Shown here one piece after another: positions 1-11,304 of a stretch of DNA of 64,000 nucleotides. The stretch's first letter is position 1. Every line of letters begins with the position of its first letter. Position numbers and translations under genes: made by a program. The stretch is from contig CM061247.1 of assembly GCA_022605425.2 (NCBI GenBank), positions 1,054,001 to 1,118,000 of the forward strand, read 5' to 3'. The notes under the pieces were generated by a model that saw only the letters and a program-made list of their open reading frames with translations, was not told the origin of the DNA and searched no databases. The stretch is from Hamiltosporidium tvaerminnensis FI-OER-3-3 (taxonomy: Eukaryota; Fungi; Microsporidia).

Positions 1-1249
1 CAACTCGATGAACAAAATTTTTAGAATCTGTCATATCATAATTAATTACCACATCCAGATTTCTAATATTTAGTCCTCTGCCTCCCAAATCCGTTGCAAT
101 CAATATATTGACATTCTCAGAAACAAACTTGTTCATATTTATCTTACGAGCTTCTATATCCATACTACTATAGATAGACACATATTTAAGTGATAGACCT
201 TCGAAAATAGCAGATAAAAGATCTGCCGTGTGTTTAGTAGAAACAAAAATCACGGTTTTTTTATCTGTTATTTTTTTCAAAAGAAACACCACTGCTGCTT
301 CTTTACAGACATCTGGAAGATAAAAAAAGTAATTTTTTACAAGTTCACTGACAATTACATCGATTTTAACCAAAACTGGATTTTCTATCAATGGTTGCAA
401 AAAAATATCTGAAAATATAACCGATTGTGTATATTTGAGTTTTTTAAAAATATCCACTTCAAAATTCTTTTGATATTTATCGATATGCTTTGTTTTCTTT
501 TCCAATTCACTAATTTTTTCAACTTTTTTATTTTCTTTTTCATCGTTATTTTTAGATTCTACTTCCATTATAAGATTCGATGTTTCATCGGTTTTTGAAA
601 AATCTTGATTTTCATCCAAATTTGATTTTTTATTTCCAGAAAAAAAATTATTTGAACAAATATTTTCATTAAACAGAGCATCCTCTTCATTATCAACAAC
701 AACACATTCATCTGGTAAAGTAGCACTGACCAACACAGTCTGTCTTTCTTTTCTAATCCATTTTAAAATATCTATCAAATCACTTCTCATACCACCTTCT
801 TCCAATATTCTATCGACTTCATCAATAACCAAAAGATCTACATCAACAATTTCTTTTAGTTCAGTTAAACAATATTTTAATTTACCTACCGTAGAAATAA
901 CAATATTACTTTTACAATGCTTTTTGTCGTCAGAATGCCCAGTCAAAGCATATAAATTTACATTTATTCCAATAAGTAATTTTTTAAACATTTTGTGAAT
1001 TTGAATACATAATTCACGGGTCGGTGCAATTAAAAATGTACGTTTACCTTCTATTGCACGTTGAATAGCTGGAAGTATATAAACTAACGATTTTCCACTT
1101 CCTGTTTGTGAAATACACATTACATCTGTACCTTCTAATACAAGTGGAAGTGCTTTACGTTGTATTGGTGTAGGATGAACATACGGAATATTATAAAATA
1201 GTTTTTTATTCAAACCCATAGAAGAAAAAGAACCGCCTTTTATTTTCAT
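1..1249 (-). CDS. DBP10: DEAD-box RNA helicase, DBP10/DDX54-like (3' end outside the window)
   Basis: Not in the ORF track because it runs off the window. Manual translation from the ATG at 1249 (context GCCC-ATG): MKIKGGSFSSMGL..HPTPIQRKALP (Q motif), SQTGSGKS (I), APTREL (Ia), LVIDEVDR (II), IYSSMDIEAR, ATDLGGRGLNI (V), FVHRV (VI). GGSFSSMGL and IYSSMD..AR resemble DBP10. Confidence 0.8.
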   Translation of the reverse strand, partial: MKIKGGSFSSMGLNKKLFYNIPYVHPTPIQRKALPLVLEGTDVMCISQTGSGKSLVYILPAIQRAIEGKRTFLIAPTRELCIQIHKMFKKLLIGINVNLYALTGHSDDKKHCKSNIVISTVGKLKYCLTELKEIVDVDLLVIDEVDRILEEGGMRSDLIDILKWIRKERQTVLVSATLPDECVVVDNEEDALFNENICSNNFFSGNKKSNLDENQDFSKTDETSNLIMEVESKNNDEKENKKVEKISELEKKTKHIDKYQKNFEVDIFKKLKYTQSVIFSDIFLQPLIENPVLVKIDVIVSELVKNYFFYLPDVCKEAAVVFLLKKITDKKTVIFVSTKHTADLLSAIFEGLSLKYVSIYSSMDIEARKINMNKFVSENVNILIATDLGGRGLNIRNLDVVINYDMTDSKNFVHRV

Positions 1250-1532
1250 GGGCAACTCAACGACAAGTACTTAAAAATTTAAAAAATTAATTTTTTTTGA
1301 GAGTAGAGAACCAGAATAAAATTATTATAAATTTAGAAATACAAATTATGAAGTACATATTATTTTAGAATCTAGATATTTTGAATAAAATCATAAAAAT
1401 ATAGAAGTACAGACTATTTTAGAAAGTAAAGAATTAGAAAAAAATAATTCGTTGGTATTATGTAAAATAAATTTGAGGAAGAAATATAAATTATTCTGGG
1501 GAGTATAAAGAAATTTGCTATTCACTACACTA

Positions 1533-1759
1533 CTTACTTACTTATTCCATTCCTCTTTTACCTTTCGGTGTCGACGATGATCAAATGAAAGTTTACCATT
1601 TGCTTCTTTTAATCGGTTGTAACTCGTGATTATAAGAGATCCGCATATAAAACAGTGTGATTTATATCCCATAAAAATGATAACATCGAATTTCACATCA
1701 ATTCTACGTAACATTGTCAGCCAGATAGGTTTCAATGTGGTTATCCTCTCTCCACAAAG
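1533..1759 (-). mobile_element. Short SINE-like element (family B), head shared with family A, (AAGT)n tail
   Basis: Flanked by a 14-bp direct repeat with 1 mismatch (tattcactacacta 1519-1532, tatgcactacacta 1760-1773). Minus strand reads (cttt)gtggagagaggataaccacatt... and ends ...gaataagtaagtaag. Confidence 0.7.
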
Positions 1760-1891
1760 TATGCACTACACTAACTAAGTATTATTTAAAATATATTACT
1801 TTCGATTTATAAAGTTTTTAATTTCAAAAATAATTTGAATTAAATAAAATAAAATCAAATCTAATGTATAGTTATTAAATCATAAAGTTAT

Positions 1892-2607
1892 GGAGGAAGG
1901 ATAACTACATAAAAAACTTTCTGCTTGGCAATGAGTGTGTGAAACTGGTGTGAGATCATTGTTTGGATTTTTGGTGGGAAAAAAACTCACTACATTTTCG
2001 GTTGTTCCATGAGATTTGTAGAAGGAGGAAGCCTACGAATAGTCGCGCTCTTTTCTAAAAATATATTTGTACTTTTTATGTAACTAAATTACAGACCGCA
2101 GCTGAACATCTAGGTAATTGCAATATAAAAGGATTGAAAACCTAGCCTTGCTCACTCGGGTTAGAAAACTTAGCGCCTGTAAGATATAGAAAATAAACAC
2201 ATTTAAAGCCAGGGAAGCTAAGTAGCTGGTTTTACCCCTTGGTATGACATTGCAATGTCTAGGTGGACTCCATGTAAATCGCTGAAATATATCTTAGCTA
2301 GAAGTTTATTGGGTTCAGAAAGTGTAGAGTAATTGGATATGCTCCATAGTCTTGGAGGAGCTTAGGATGGGCTTCGGCCTTCAATCACACTCCATGCAAC
2401 GGACATTAACGAACTCAGGGCAACTGCCTCGCCTATTAATTAGGTTCTACACACCTGGTAGATGAAAGGCTTTGAGATGTGGGTATCGCAGGAAGTACTG
2501 ATGGGGTGTTGGGTAGCAGTTATTTATGTTAAATCTAGAACTGCGTTAATGTCATGAAAACAAATATAACATTTTCCACTGTCTTAAAAAATATGTGATA
2601 CTTTTAA
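1892..2607 (+). mobile_element. ~715 bp non-coding SINE-like repeat, family A copy 1
   Basis: Colinear with the copies at 9847, 17361, 29510 and 59109. Flanked by ataaagttat at 1882-1891 and 2608-2617. Confidence 0.85.
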
Positions 2608-3453
2608 ATAAAGTTATTTTTATTTTCAAATTAAATCTTTAAGAATCCATCAAATTTGATAAGTAAGTTATTTGAAAAATTAATTTCTTTTAAGATTTCT
2701 GTATGAATTTAATTTATTTAATCTAAAGAAATAATTTTAATTGCAAATTACATATTATGTTAAATAATTTTTTAGATTAAGAAGTGTATAAATATTTTGA
2801 TTGAAATCTTTATATTTTGTTAAAATTTGATTTTTACCTTTTTTACATAAATGATCGAAATAACTCCTTTTTTTATAAAATCATATATTAATTATAAAGT
2901 ATATTTTATATATCAAGAAAGTGTTTTATATTTTTATTTAAATGTATTTGTGATATAGATTTGGTAATTTTGAAACTAAAAAATAAAATTTATACGAACT
3001 CTCTATTAAAATATTCAAACAAAAAGAGAGAAATCATTTTAACAGAGCTATAGATAGAAATAAATTTTAGTTTCTTGAATTTGTAAAAGTATGTGTAATT
3101 AAATGAAATAGGTAAATGAATTATAATTTCTATTCAATTTATCAATTTTTTTTTCAGATTCGAAAATATTAATATACAGCCAAAACATATTTTAAAAAAT
3201 TTAGAGGAAAACGATTGAATTGGGTTACTATTTTGTCAGCTATAATATTTTAAAAGACAATGAAAAAATATTATGAAACAAGAAGAACTCTTTATTAATG
3301 TTTTGATTTACTTAATATTAAAAATATTTTTCTAATTAAATTTAATTAAAACATTTTTATCGATTGGTATATAATAATAGATTTACAAAAAGAATCAAAT
3401 AAACCGATAAAAATATATTGGAACATAATATATTTTACAAATTGGGGAACGGT

Positions 3454-4602
3454 ATGCAGTATTTGAAGATGGCTACAACCTATTTGATTTTTTCGAGTAT
3501 ATTTGGGCCTATTTTTGCTTCCAATATACAAGCCGATGCCGATGCAGAAGGTGATTCAAGCGTTCGAGATATTCAAGGTGAGGATTTGGGCAATGATTCG
3601 AGCAGTGTTGTAAACAATGGTGCGGATTCAATAGCGGGAAACATGGTTTCAGAAGGTAATTTGAGTACAACCACTTTAAATTCGGCAACTGAAAATGTAA
3701 TTGAATCTGATTTACAAAATACTACTATAGAAAATTTAAATACAGCATCCCAGAACACAACAGTAGATTCAACCATAAACCAAGGAGCAACGAGCGGTCC
3801 AATATCTGGTGATGTATCTGCAAATCTAATTGTATCCACAGAAATCTCCCAAGGGGCATGTGGTACAACGGACGAGCACAACGCTAGCTTTTATAAATTT
3901 GAGAAGCCAGAAGAGGAAGGTAATTTAACTGAATCGGATATACCTTTAAGTCAGATGTTGTTAAGTAAGGAAACTAGTTTGAGTGGCTCAGCATCGAGTT
4001 TCGAGGTGATTTCAGAACCTTCTCCATCTGATGTATCGTTAAATGATGAACCTAGTCTAAACTATCCTAGTGTGAGCTCTGCGGGGAGTCATGAAAATAT
4101 TCCAATGTTCCGTGTCTCTTTGCCTTCTGAATCTGATTTAAATGAAGATCTACCATCAGGTTTATCTGGAAATGAAAGCTTGTCTGATATTGATGATGTT
4201 TTTAGTAACGCTGGAAATGTCAATCAAATTAGATTGCCTGAAACTCTTCAAGTTAATATTAATAATGACCAACAAAATGATAGTGAGGTATCAAGCGAAA
4301 TAGGTAGTGATGTGGTAAGTGGAACAAATATTATAATTCCAAATGCGAATAATGAACCCGAAGATGTATCTAATTTGAATCAAAGCGATAATCTAAATGG
4401 CATTCATCCTTTAGGTAACGAAAATGAAGATGCTTTAAATTCACCCTCAAATTCAGATATCAAGCCCAAAGATGATAATGTAACTGGGGAAAATGATAAG
4501 ACCGAAAAAAAATCTAAATTGAAAACAGTAATAGTAGTTATTATTGTATCACTAAGCATAACTATTCTTCTAATAATAGTTTTAGGACTTAAAAATATTT
4601 AA
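3454..4602 (+). CDS. Lineage-specific Ser/Asn/Asp-rich secreted protein with a C-terminal transmembrane anchor
   Basis: Intact ORF. First ATG at 3454 (preceded by GGGG). Hydrophobic N-terminus MQYLKMATTYLIFSSIFGPIFAS, acidic low-complexity body, C-terminal KKSKLK followed by TVIVVIIVSLSITILLIIVLGL. Confidence 0.75.
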   Translation: MQYLKMATTYLIFSSIFGPIFASNIQADADAEGDSSVRDIQGEDLGNDSSSVVNNGADSIAGNMVSEGNLSTTTLNSATENVIESDLQNTTIENLNTASQNTTVDSTINQGATSGPISGDVSANLIVSTEISQGACGTTDEHNASFYKFEKPEEEGNLTESDIPLSQMLLSKETSLSGSASSFEVISEPSPSDVSLNDEPSLNYPSVSSAGSHENIPMFRVSLPSESDLNEDLPSGLSGNESLSDIDDVFSNAGNVNQIRLPETLQVNINNDQQNDSEVSSEIGSDVVSGTNIIIPNANNEPEDVSNLNQSDNLNGIHPLGNENEDALNSPSNSDIKPKDDNVTGENDKTEKKSKLKTVIVVIIVSLSITILLIIVLGLKNI

Positions 4603-7600
4603 TAAATGCTGTTTATCTATGTTTATAGAATACAAAAAAATATTTTTTCACTTTTTTTCTGTAATTCCTCATCGAGGTGAAAAAATTCCTTGAAATATCG
4701 TTTTAAATAAAATCCATTACAACGGAAACGGTCATTATGTTTCCCAGAACCTTGCTTTAATTTTTAAAACGTGACACTAATTTTTTTTTGATTTACAAGT
4801 CGGTATTAATATTTGAAGATCATTAAGGCGCCTCAAAATGTTTCGCTATTAAACAAAATTTAATAAAAACCAAATTACATATTAAATTTTACTTCTAAAA
4901 TTTTATTTTAGTCATCCAAAGAATATGGATAACTTTCTTAATTTGGAGAATCTAAACTAAAAAAACTATTCTTAATTGATTTAATTCATATTAACCAAAA
5001 ATAATCGAAAATTTCGAGAAATTTACTCAAAATAAATCAAATTATGCTCTCGAAAAATGTGTTAAAAACTATGTATTCAATTGACTATGGCTTTGATTAC
5101 CAAAAAAAAACAAAATGAACTCGATAAAACCCCCGGGCGTTCGTAAGTTAAATTTGATCTAGAGAAGTATTAAAATTATAAAATATAAATTACTTTGTAA
5201 AACAAGATTAAAACTTTGAAATTATAAATGATATAATAAAAATAAAATTTAAAACTATAAATAAAGGAAAAGAACAAAACAGAAAAAGACGAAATCTAAA
5301 AGAAACTAATATAATACAGAATTGGGATAAATTGAGTCATGTACCTTCAAACTACGCTCTGGCACGATTTTTTTATATACTGAGTGTTTTTCCATAGCAA
5401 AAAATATGAATAAACTATATAAAAAGGCTATAATAGTTAATTTTTAGTGTGAATTTGAAACAAATGAAGATTAATAATGGTCACTCAATTTTTTGGACCA
5501 TAAATCATAATTTTCATCATAATGATATAAAAAAAAATTGAATAACCAAAAATGTGCGCGATAATTGATTATGCATTAAGTCCAGTAGTTAAGATTTTTC
5601 ACCAATAATTCGTTGAAATGTTAGATTAAAATAACAATCCCATTTAATGAATTAAGCCGACTTCTTGTTCCTAAATTCGATCATTAAATATGTTTTAAAT
5701 TCCATTTTAGAAAATTTTGCTCACATAGTAAGGTAAAGCTTGCAGAAATTGTAAATAAAATCTTTAAAAATAGACGAAGAAGTTATATATTGTTACTAAA
5801 AAGGAACTAGTGAAATTGTAGGAGAAATTTGAATGTTTATCTTAGAAAATTTTGCCAAGAAATCTTGTACCTTTTTTGAATATCTTTATAGAAAATTTAA
5901 TATTGTTCTATTAGATTCATAATAAACATTAAATAAATACTATCAGATCGTTGATATAAGAACCAAAGAGTTTTTAAAGCCAGATAATTTTCTAAAAATC
6001 AATATAGCAGCTCGCGGTCTAAAATATTTTGCGATTCTTGCTAAAGGTTTTGATAAATATTCCAAAAATATTCAGCAGGGAATTAGAAATGACCAAAAGA
6101 TCAATAAAATTCGCCGAAATTAATCAGATCATAGTATTGAAAAGAAACTTAATACCATAAAAAAAAGTAAAGAATGTATGTTACAGTGTTAATAGAACCT
6201 ATAACTTATTAAAATGCAAGAATATTTTTAACGTTAAAAAAAAGAAAAACCTTGCTTAAATGAGCCAAGGAAGTTTAATGTATCGTCATTGCTGATTTTC
6301 GGAAAAGATTTCAAGGTATAGAAAAATATGGTTTTATTTACTGGCTTCACGGTTGTGAGCGGTAGAAATTATAAGACAGAATATATATAATCGCTCTTGT
6401 GGTGTTTTTACAAATGGCATTAGAACATACAAAAATATTAAAATTGAGAGAAATCATATGTTTGCAATACCCGAGGCATGATACGTTCACAGGATACAAA
6501 ATGACGACTGAAGTCATTTCTCTTATCGACCAAGAGCAATAATTTGGCAACATAACGTGGATGAGAGTCGGAAAATACGTGTATAGAAGTCATGCAATAA
6601 AATGAGATGCATTGGAAATAAATTCTCGTTATACAAGCAAACATGGAGCAGTAAATTGCAATCGCACTTCAAATTTTTAAACTACTAATTTTATAAGATG
6701 AAATCAAAAAAAATACGCTTCTTAACCATATATAGCGGGTTAGGAATAACCCAAATAAACTAGTTATTCAAAGTATATTGAATTTTAATTACAAAAAACA
6801 GGACCGCTAATCAATTTTTTTATGAAAATATGTGTTTTTATTATATAAAATTTAACTAAAGAAAAGTTTTTTTCGTTACTTTTTTCATTTAATAAAGTTC
6901 GAATTTAGATTACTTTTATGCATGAAACGGGCAAATTACATAATATTTAATCAAAAAAAATATTTAGAAACCACAATTAGTTCTTATTTTTAAAAAAAAA
7001 TTATAAAAAATTTCTTACCTCCTAGTTGCTACCAAAATTGCACATAGAGAGATCTTCTTGAACATCTAAATGCATTTTTACACTTTTTTATCTGTTTTCA
7101 ACATATTAACATTTTAAAGAACTAATATATCAATAGCATTATGATACTATTTTTATAAACTGTATTTTGTTTGAGTTTTGCCATGGAATTGTATCAGAAA
7201 TCCTGACCAATAAGAATTAAAAGAGATTTAAAGTATTCTTATAAGAAAAACTGTTAGATGGAAAACAAACAACAAATTTTTTATCATTTGTGACGGGAAC
7301 AAATTTGGAATAAATATAGGATTTAATTGAAATTTTACTTGATTTAATTACCAAATATATCAAGTCATCTTCACAACAACGTTGTTATTTGTTCAAACAA
7401 AATAATATTTTATTGCATGGCCTACATAATTTCTAGTTGTGCTTTTATTCGTGGTTTTAGTGCTTTCGTATTCTTCATTCCCTTTTGAAATATCGCCTTT
7501 AATATTTTTGGATTCTATCTTATCTTCATTTCCTGCTTTTAATTATACCAGGAGCCAACATTTCCTATTTATATCTGAAAAAAAAAACATCGGAAAATAT

Positions 7601-7689
7601 CCGTTTAATAATTTTGCGTTAAATTATTCGAAATCTTGGTTTGTATTTGTTTAGAAGAAAAACGGAATTAAAATTTTTTTAAGCTTTTG

Positions 7690-8294
7690 ATATTTCTATA
7701 GGAAGGAGAACGTCTGCAAAATAGTGCTATTTTTTTAAAAAAATCTAATTTGTCATTTGAATGTAGCTGGTTGGGAATCATAAGCGACATTTTAAGTAAT
7801 TTCTAGGTAAAATATATTAACTCAGTCTTTCTTGTTCAGTTTAGAAGACGCAAGTCCTAGGAAATATAAGAATATGCCCTAATAAAAAGCCAGAAAAACA
7901 AAGTAGCAAGTTAAACCAGTTAAGTAAATTATAAAGATAAGATTAATCACTGTATATCGAAAAGATATATCTTAGTTGGTTGTCTACCACGTTCAGTAAT
8001 TGAGGATCAGGGCGGTTGCTGTGGCTTTGATAGGCTGAATTAGGATTTTTGCCTGCGTTTAAATTCCATGCAACGGACATCGACGAATTCGCTGAATTGC
8101 TTTACCGATTAAATAGCTTCAACTCACCTTATTAATACAAAGATTATAAATTTAGGTTTCGTAAGAGAATTTGATGAAGTTTTTTTTTGATGGATGGGAG
8201 GCAGTTATCTATTTATTACTTAGACCCGCATTAATGTCTAGAAATCAATAACCAGTGCCATTGTTGTTATTCCCATTATATTTTATTAAATAAA
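7690..8294 (+). mobile_element. Family A SINE-like repeat, old degenerate copy
   Basis: Recognisable blocks in the expected order: ttagaagac, aaaagcc, tccatgcaacggacat (~8085-8100), gcagttat...gcattaatgtc, terminal taaataaa. The 5' boundary is approximate. Confidence 0.65.
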
Positions 8295-8799
8295 TCTAAA
8301 CGTGCCTTGTTTTCAACTACTGAACGTAAAATACATCAGCTTAAAATCTATTTTTCTTATAAATAGTGAATTCAAATGGCAAATGTACTCTATTTGGCAT
8401 ATATTATATAATAAAATCTTTATTTGTAATTAAACCTCTTTTTACAATTATTTTATTTTCCAATTGGTAAATTTAGTTTTCGTTTAAAACTTAGTAAATA
8501 TATGATCGTACTGATAATCAATTTTCACAAACTTCATATTCATGTTATGAACCATATTGAATTATATCTTTTTTCAGTAAAAAAATATAATTTTTCTTTT
8601 ATGGTAATTTTCTAATAATCCATTGAAAAAACTTTTATAATTCTTCCGAAAATTTAGTCTTTTACAATATTATAACGTTTTTAAACTAATTTCTATTGAT
8701 CGTAAAAAAAATAATCTTAAAATTCACAAACTAAAATAAGTTGTAAAAAATAAATCCAATAAATATTTCATAACCCCAATATCATGTACAGAGAATCAA

Positions 8800-9775
8800 C
8801 CTCTAAAAGAAAACATCCAAAATTTAAGTTCGGTTTTAAAAATTATAATTTCTTGAATATCATTGATTTAATTCAGTAATGTCCCAACGAAGATGACTTA
8901 CCTCGAAATGTTTAATTGGAAGTAAGAATCTAAGACGCCAATAAGAGGGCTTCAATTAAAATATTTCTCTTTCTATTTGTTCATAAATTTTATGCGACCA
9001 ATAATGTGATTAGAAGTGAACATAAAACAATTAAAAAGATTCTATTGGTTCAAAAAAAATATTCGAAATAAACATTGTTAAAATTATTTCTAGACTGTAT
9101 TAATATGGAAGGAAAAACAAAAGAATATATTTTTTTCATTTTTCTTAATGCTTCTGTTTAAAAAAAATTAACTCACGTGGTTAAGCTTTATATTCTAAAA
9201 ATTTACAGTTACATCAAAGATTGAATGATAGGATTGATGCTTTAAATCATTATTCCGTGTAATATATTTATATTCTCAAAAATAAATGCACAAACAATTT
9301 TGCTTGAATAGCTCCGTGTAACTTTATACTTGATTAAATTAAAAGATTTTTATTAGAAATGAGTAAGAATTTATACAATAAATAAATTAACCAATAGCAT
9401 ATAGTTAAAGGAACATTTGTTTCGGATAAAGAAAATTTATCAAGAAAAAAAACTGAATTGATTAAAAAAAGTTATAAGACGAAAAGGCAAACATAAAATG
9501 CCGAGCTGAAGCTCTGAAAAATTGGAAGTAAATAGAATTAAGAATAATAATACGCCAAAATAAAAAGATCCTAAAATTGTTTTGAGAAATTGCTTAAGAG
9601 CGGGAAATAATTCAGATATGAAATAACAAATAGATATAAGAGAAACAGACTAGATGAGAGTATAAATTTTTTAATAAAATGATTAAGGAAATCTGGTTCA
9701 GATAATGAACTTTAAGTTATTTTCAGAATTTTTTTCTTATGCATGTAAAAGAAAGTTCGTTTCTACGAGCTTAAA
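8800..9775. repeat. ~1 kb diverged duplication, inverted relative to 23765-24700
   Basis: Colinear reverse-complement matches: ccaattaaacat(t/g)tcgaggt; aaagattctattggttcaaaaaaa; aatgccgagctgaagctctgaaaaattggaagt versus aatgcctagctaaagctctggaaaattagaagt; taaaagaaagttc. Confidence 0.7.
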
Positions 9776-9846
9776 GTCTATTAATTTATAGTTTTGCTAC
9801 AAAAATTTTATATTTAAAAAATTATTTCTAATTTTTACTGATTTAT

Positions 9847-10564
9847 GGAGGATAACCACATAAAAAACTTTCTGCTTGGCATGAGTGTGTGAAACTGGTG
9901 TGAGGTCATTGTTTGGATTTTTGGTGGGAATAAAACCATACTACATCTTCGGTTGTTCCATGGGAGTTGTTATGAGGAGGAGAGGTCTAAGAAATGGTGA
10001 AACTTTTTCTACGAATTTATTTGTAGTTTTTTATGTAACCAGATTGCAGACCGCAGCTGAACATGTAGGTAATTGCCATGTAAAAGCATGGAGACCTAGC
10101 CTTGCTCACTCGGGTTAGAAGACTTAGCGCCTGGGAGATATAAAAATAAAAACCATTAAAAGCCGGGAGAGCTAAGGCAGGTTATACCTGTTGGTATGAC
10201 ATTGCACTGTCTAGGTGGACCCCATGTAAATCTCTGAAATATATCTTATCCAGAAGTTTATTGGGTTCAGAAAGTGTAGAGTAATTGTGAATGCTGCATA
10301 GCCTGGAGGGGAGCCCAGGTGGAGGCTTCTGCCTTCGATCACACTAAATGCAACGGACATTAACGAACTCCGGCAACTACCTCGCCTAGTAATTAGGTTC
10401 TACACACCTGGTAGATGAAAGGATTTGGGACTTAGGTATCGTAGGGGTTACTGATGGAGTTTTGGGGTAGCAGTTAATTATGTTGAACCTAGAACTGCGT
10501 TAATGTCATGAAAAAAAATATAACACTTGCCACTATTTTAAAAAGATGTGATACTTTTAAATAA
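9847..10564 (+). mobile_element. Family A SINE-like repeat copy 2, with a perfect 17-bp TSD
   Basis: aatttttactgatttat at 9830-9846 and 10565-10581. Body is near-identical over long stretches to the copy at 17361-18068. Confidence 0.9.
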
Positions 10565-11304
10565 AATTTTTACTGATTTATTATAAATCCAAGCTTTAAA
10601 GTACAAAAAAAAGTACAAAAGTTATCTAAATTTTAAGCTAATAAAAATAATTTGTGTTTATATTAATCATAAAAACAAATAAAAATTAATTGTAATATAG
10701 AGAATATAAAGAATATAAGGAATAGATTGCATAATTCATAGAGAAAAAACTATTATTTTGGAATATTTTATTGATCTAGAAAACTTTTTGAAACAAAAAA
10801 AATTAAAAACTACAACAACAAATTGTTTTTCATAAAATAAAATAGACTTAATTTTTTTTTATTACTTTATAACCCACTATTGTTGTCTAAGTAATATCTA
10901 ATTAGAAAATGATAGTTTAAATAGTTAAGCTTCATTTAAAAAAAATGAAAAAATTTTTGATTTGAAATCAATACGACAAATATTTTTTCTAATAAATAAT
11001 CAAAAAATTGAATTAGAATTCTTAGGCAGAAATTAAAGCAGTCTTTATTACATTCCTAATCTATTATTTCTAAACTCTAATACTATTATAAATATTTGTA
11101 ATATTAAATATTTCTAAATCTAAAATTTGTGATAACAAAAATAATAAATACAAATTCTAATATAAAATATTTCTAAATCTAAGATTATAAAACTCTAAAA
11201 ATATTAATACAAAGAACATAAAATTAAATTACAATATAAAATAGTTTTAAACTCTAATAGAATTACTACAAATATTTATAAAAATAAAAAACACATCAAA
11301 TCGT

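Noticed and set aside
5127-5145. cccccgggcgttc, reverse-complement similar to gaatgcccggggg at ~13118
   Set aside because: Only about 15 bp, with no extension on either side.
9975-10055. ggagaggtctaag ... gcagacc as RNase P CR-I/CR-V (P4 helix)
   Set aside because: The spacing of ~60 nt is too short, and the motif is not conserved in copy 1.
9885-10118. Short ORFs inside family A copies (also 29573, 29976, 59266)
   Set aside because: They lack ATG starts or are not preserved between copies, and indels between copies ignore frame.
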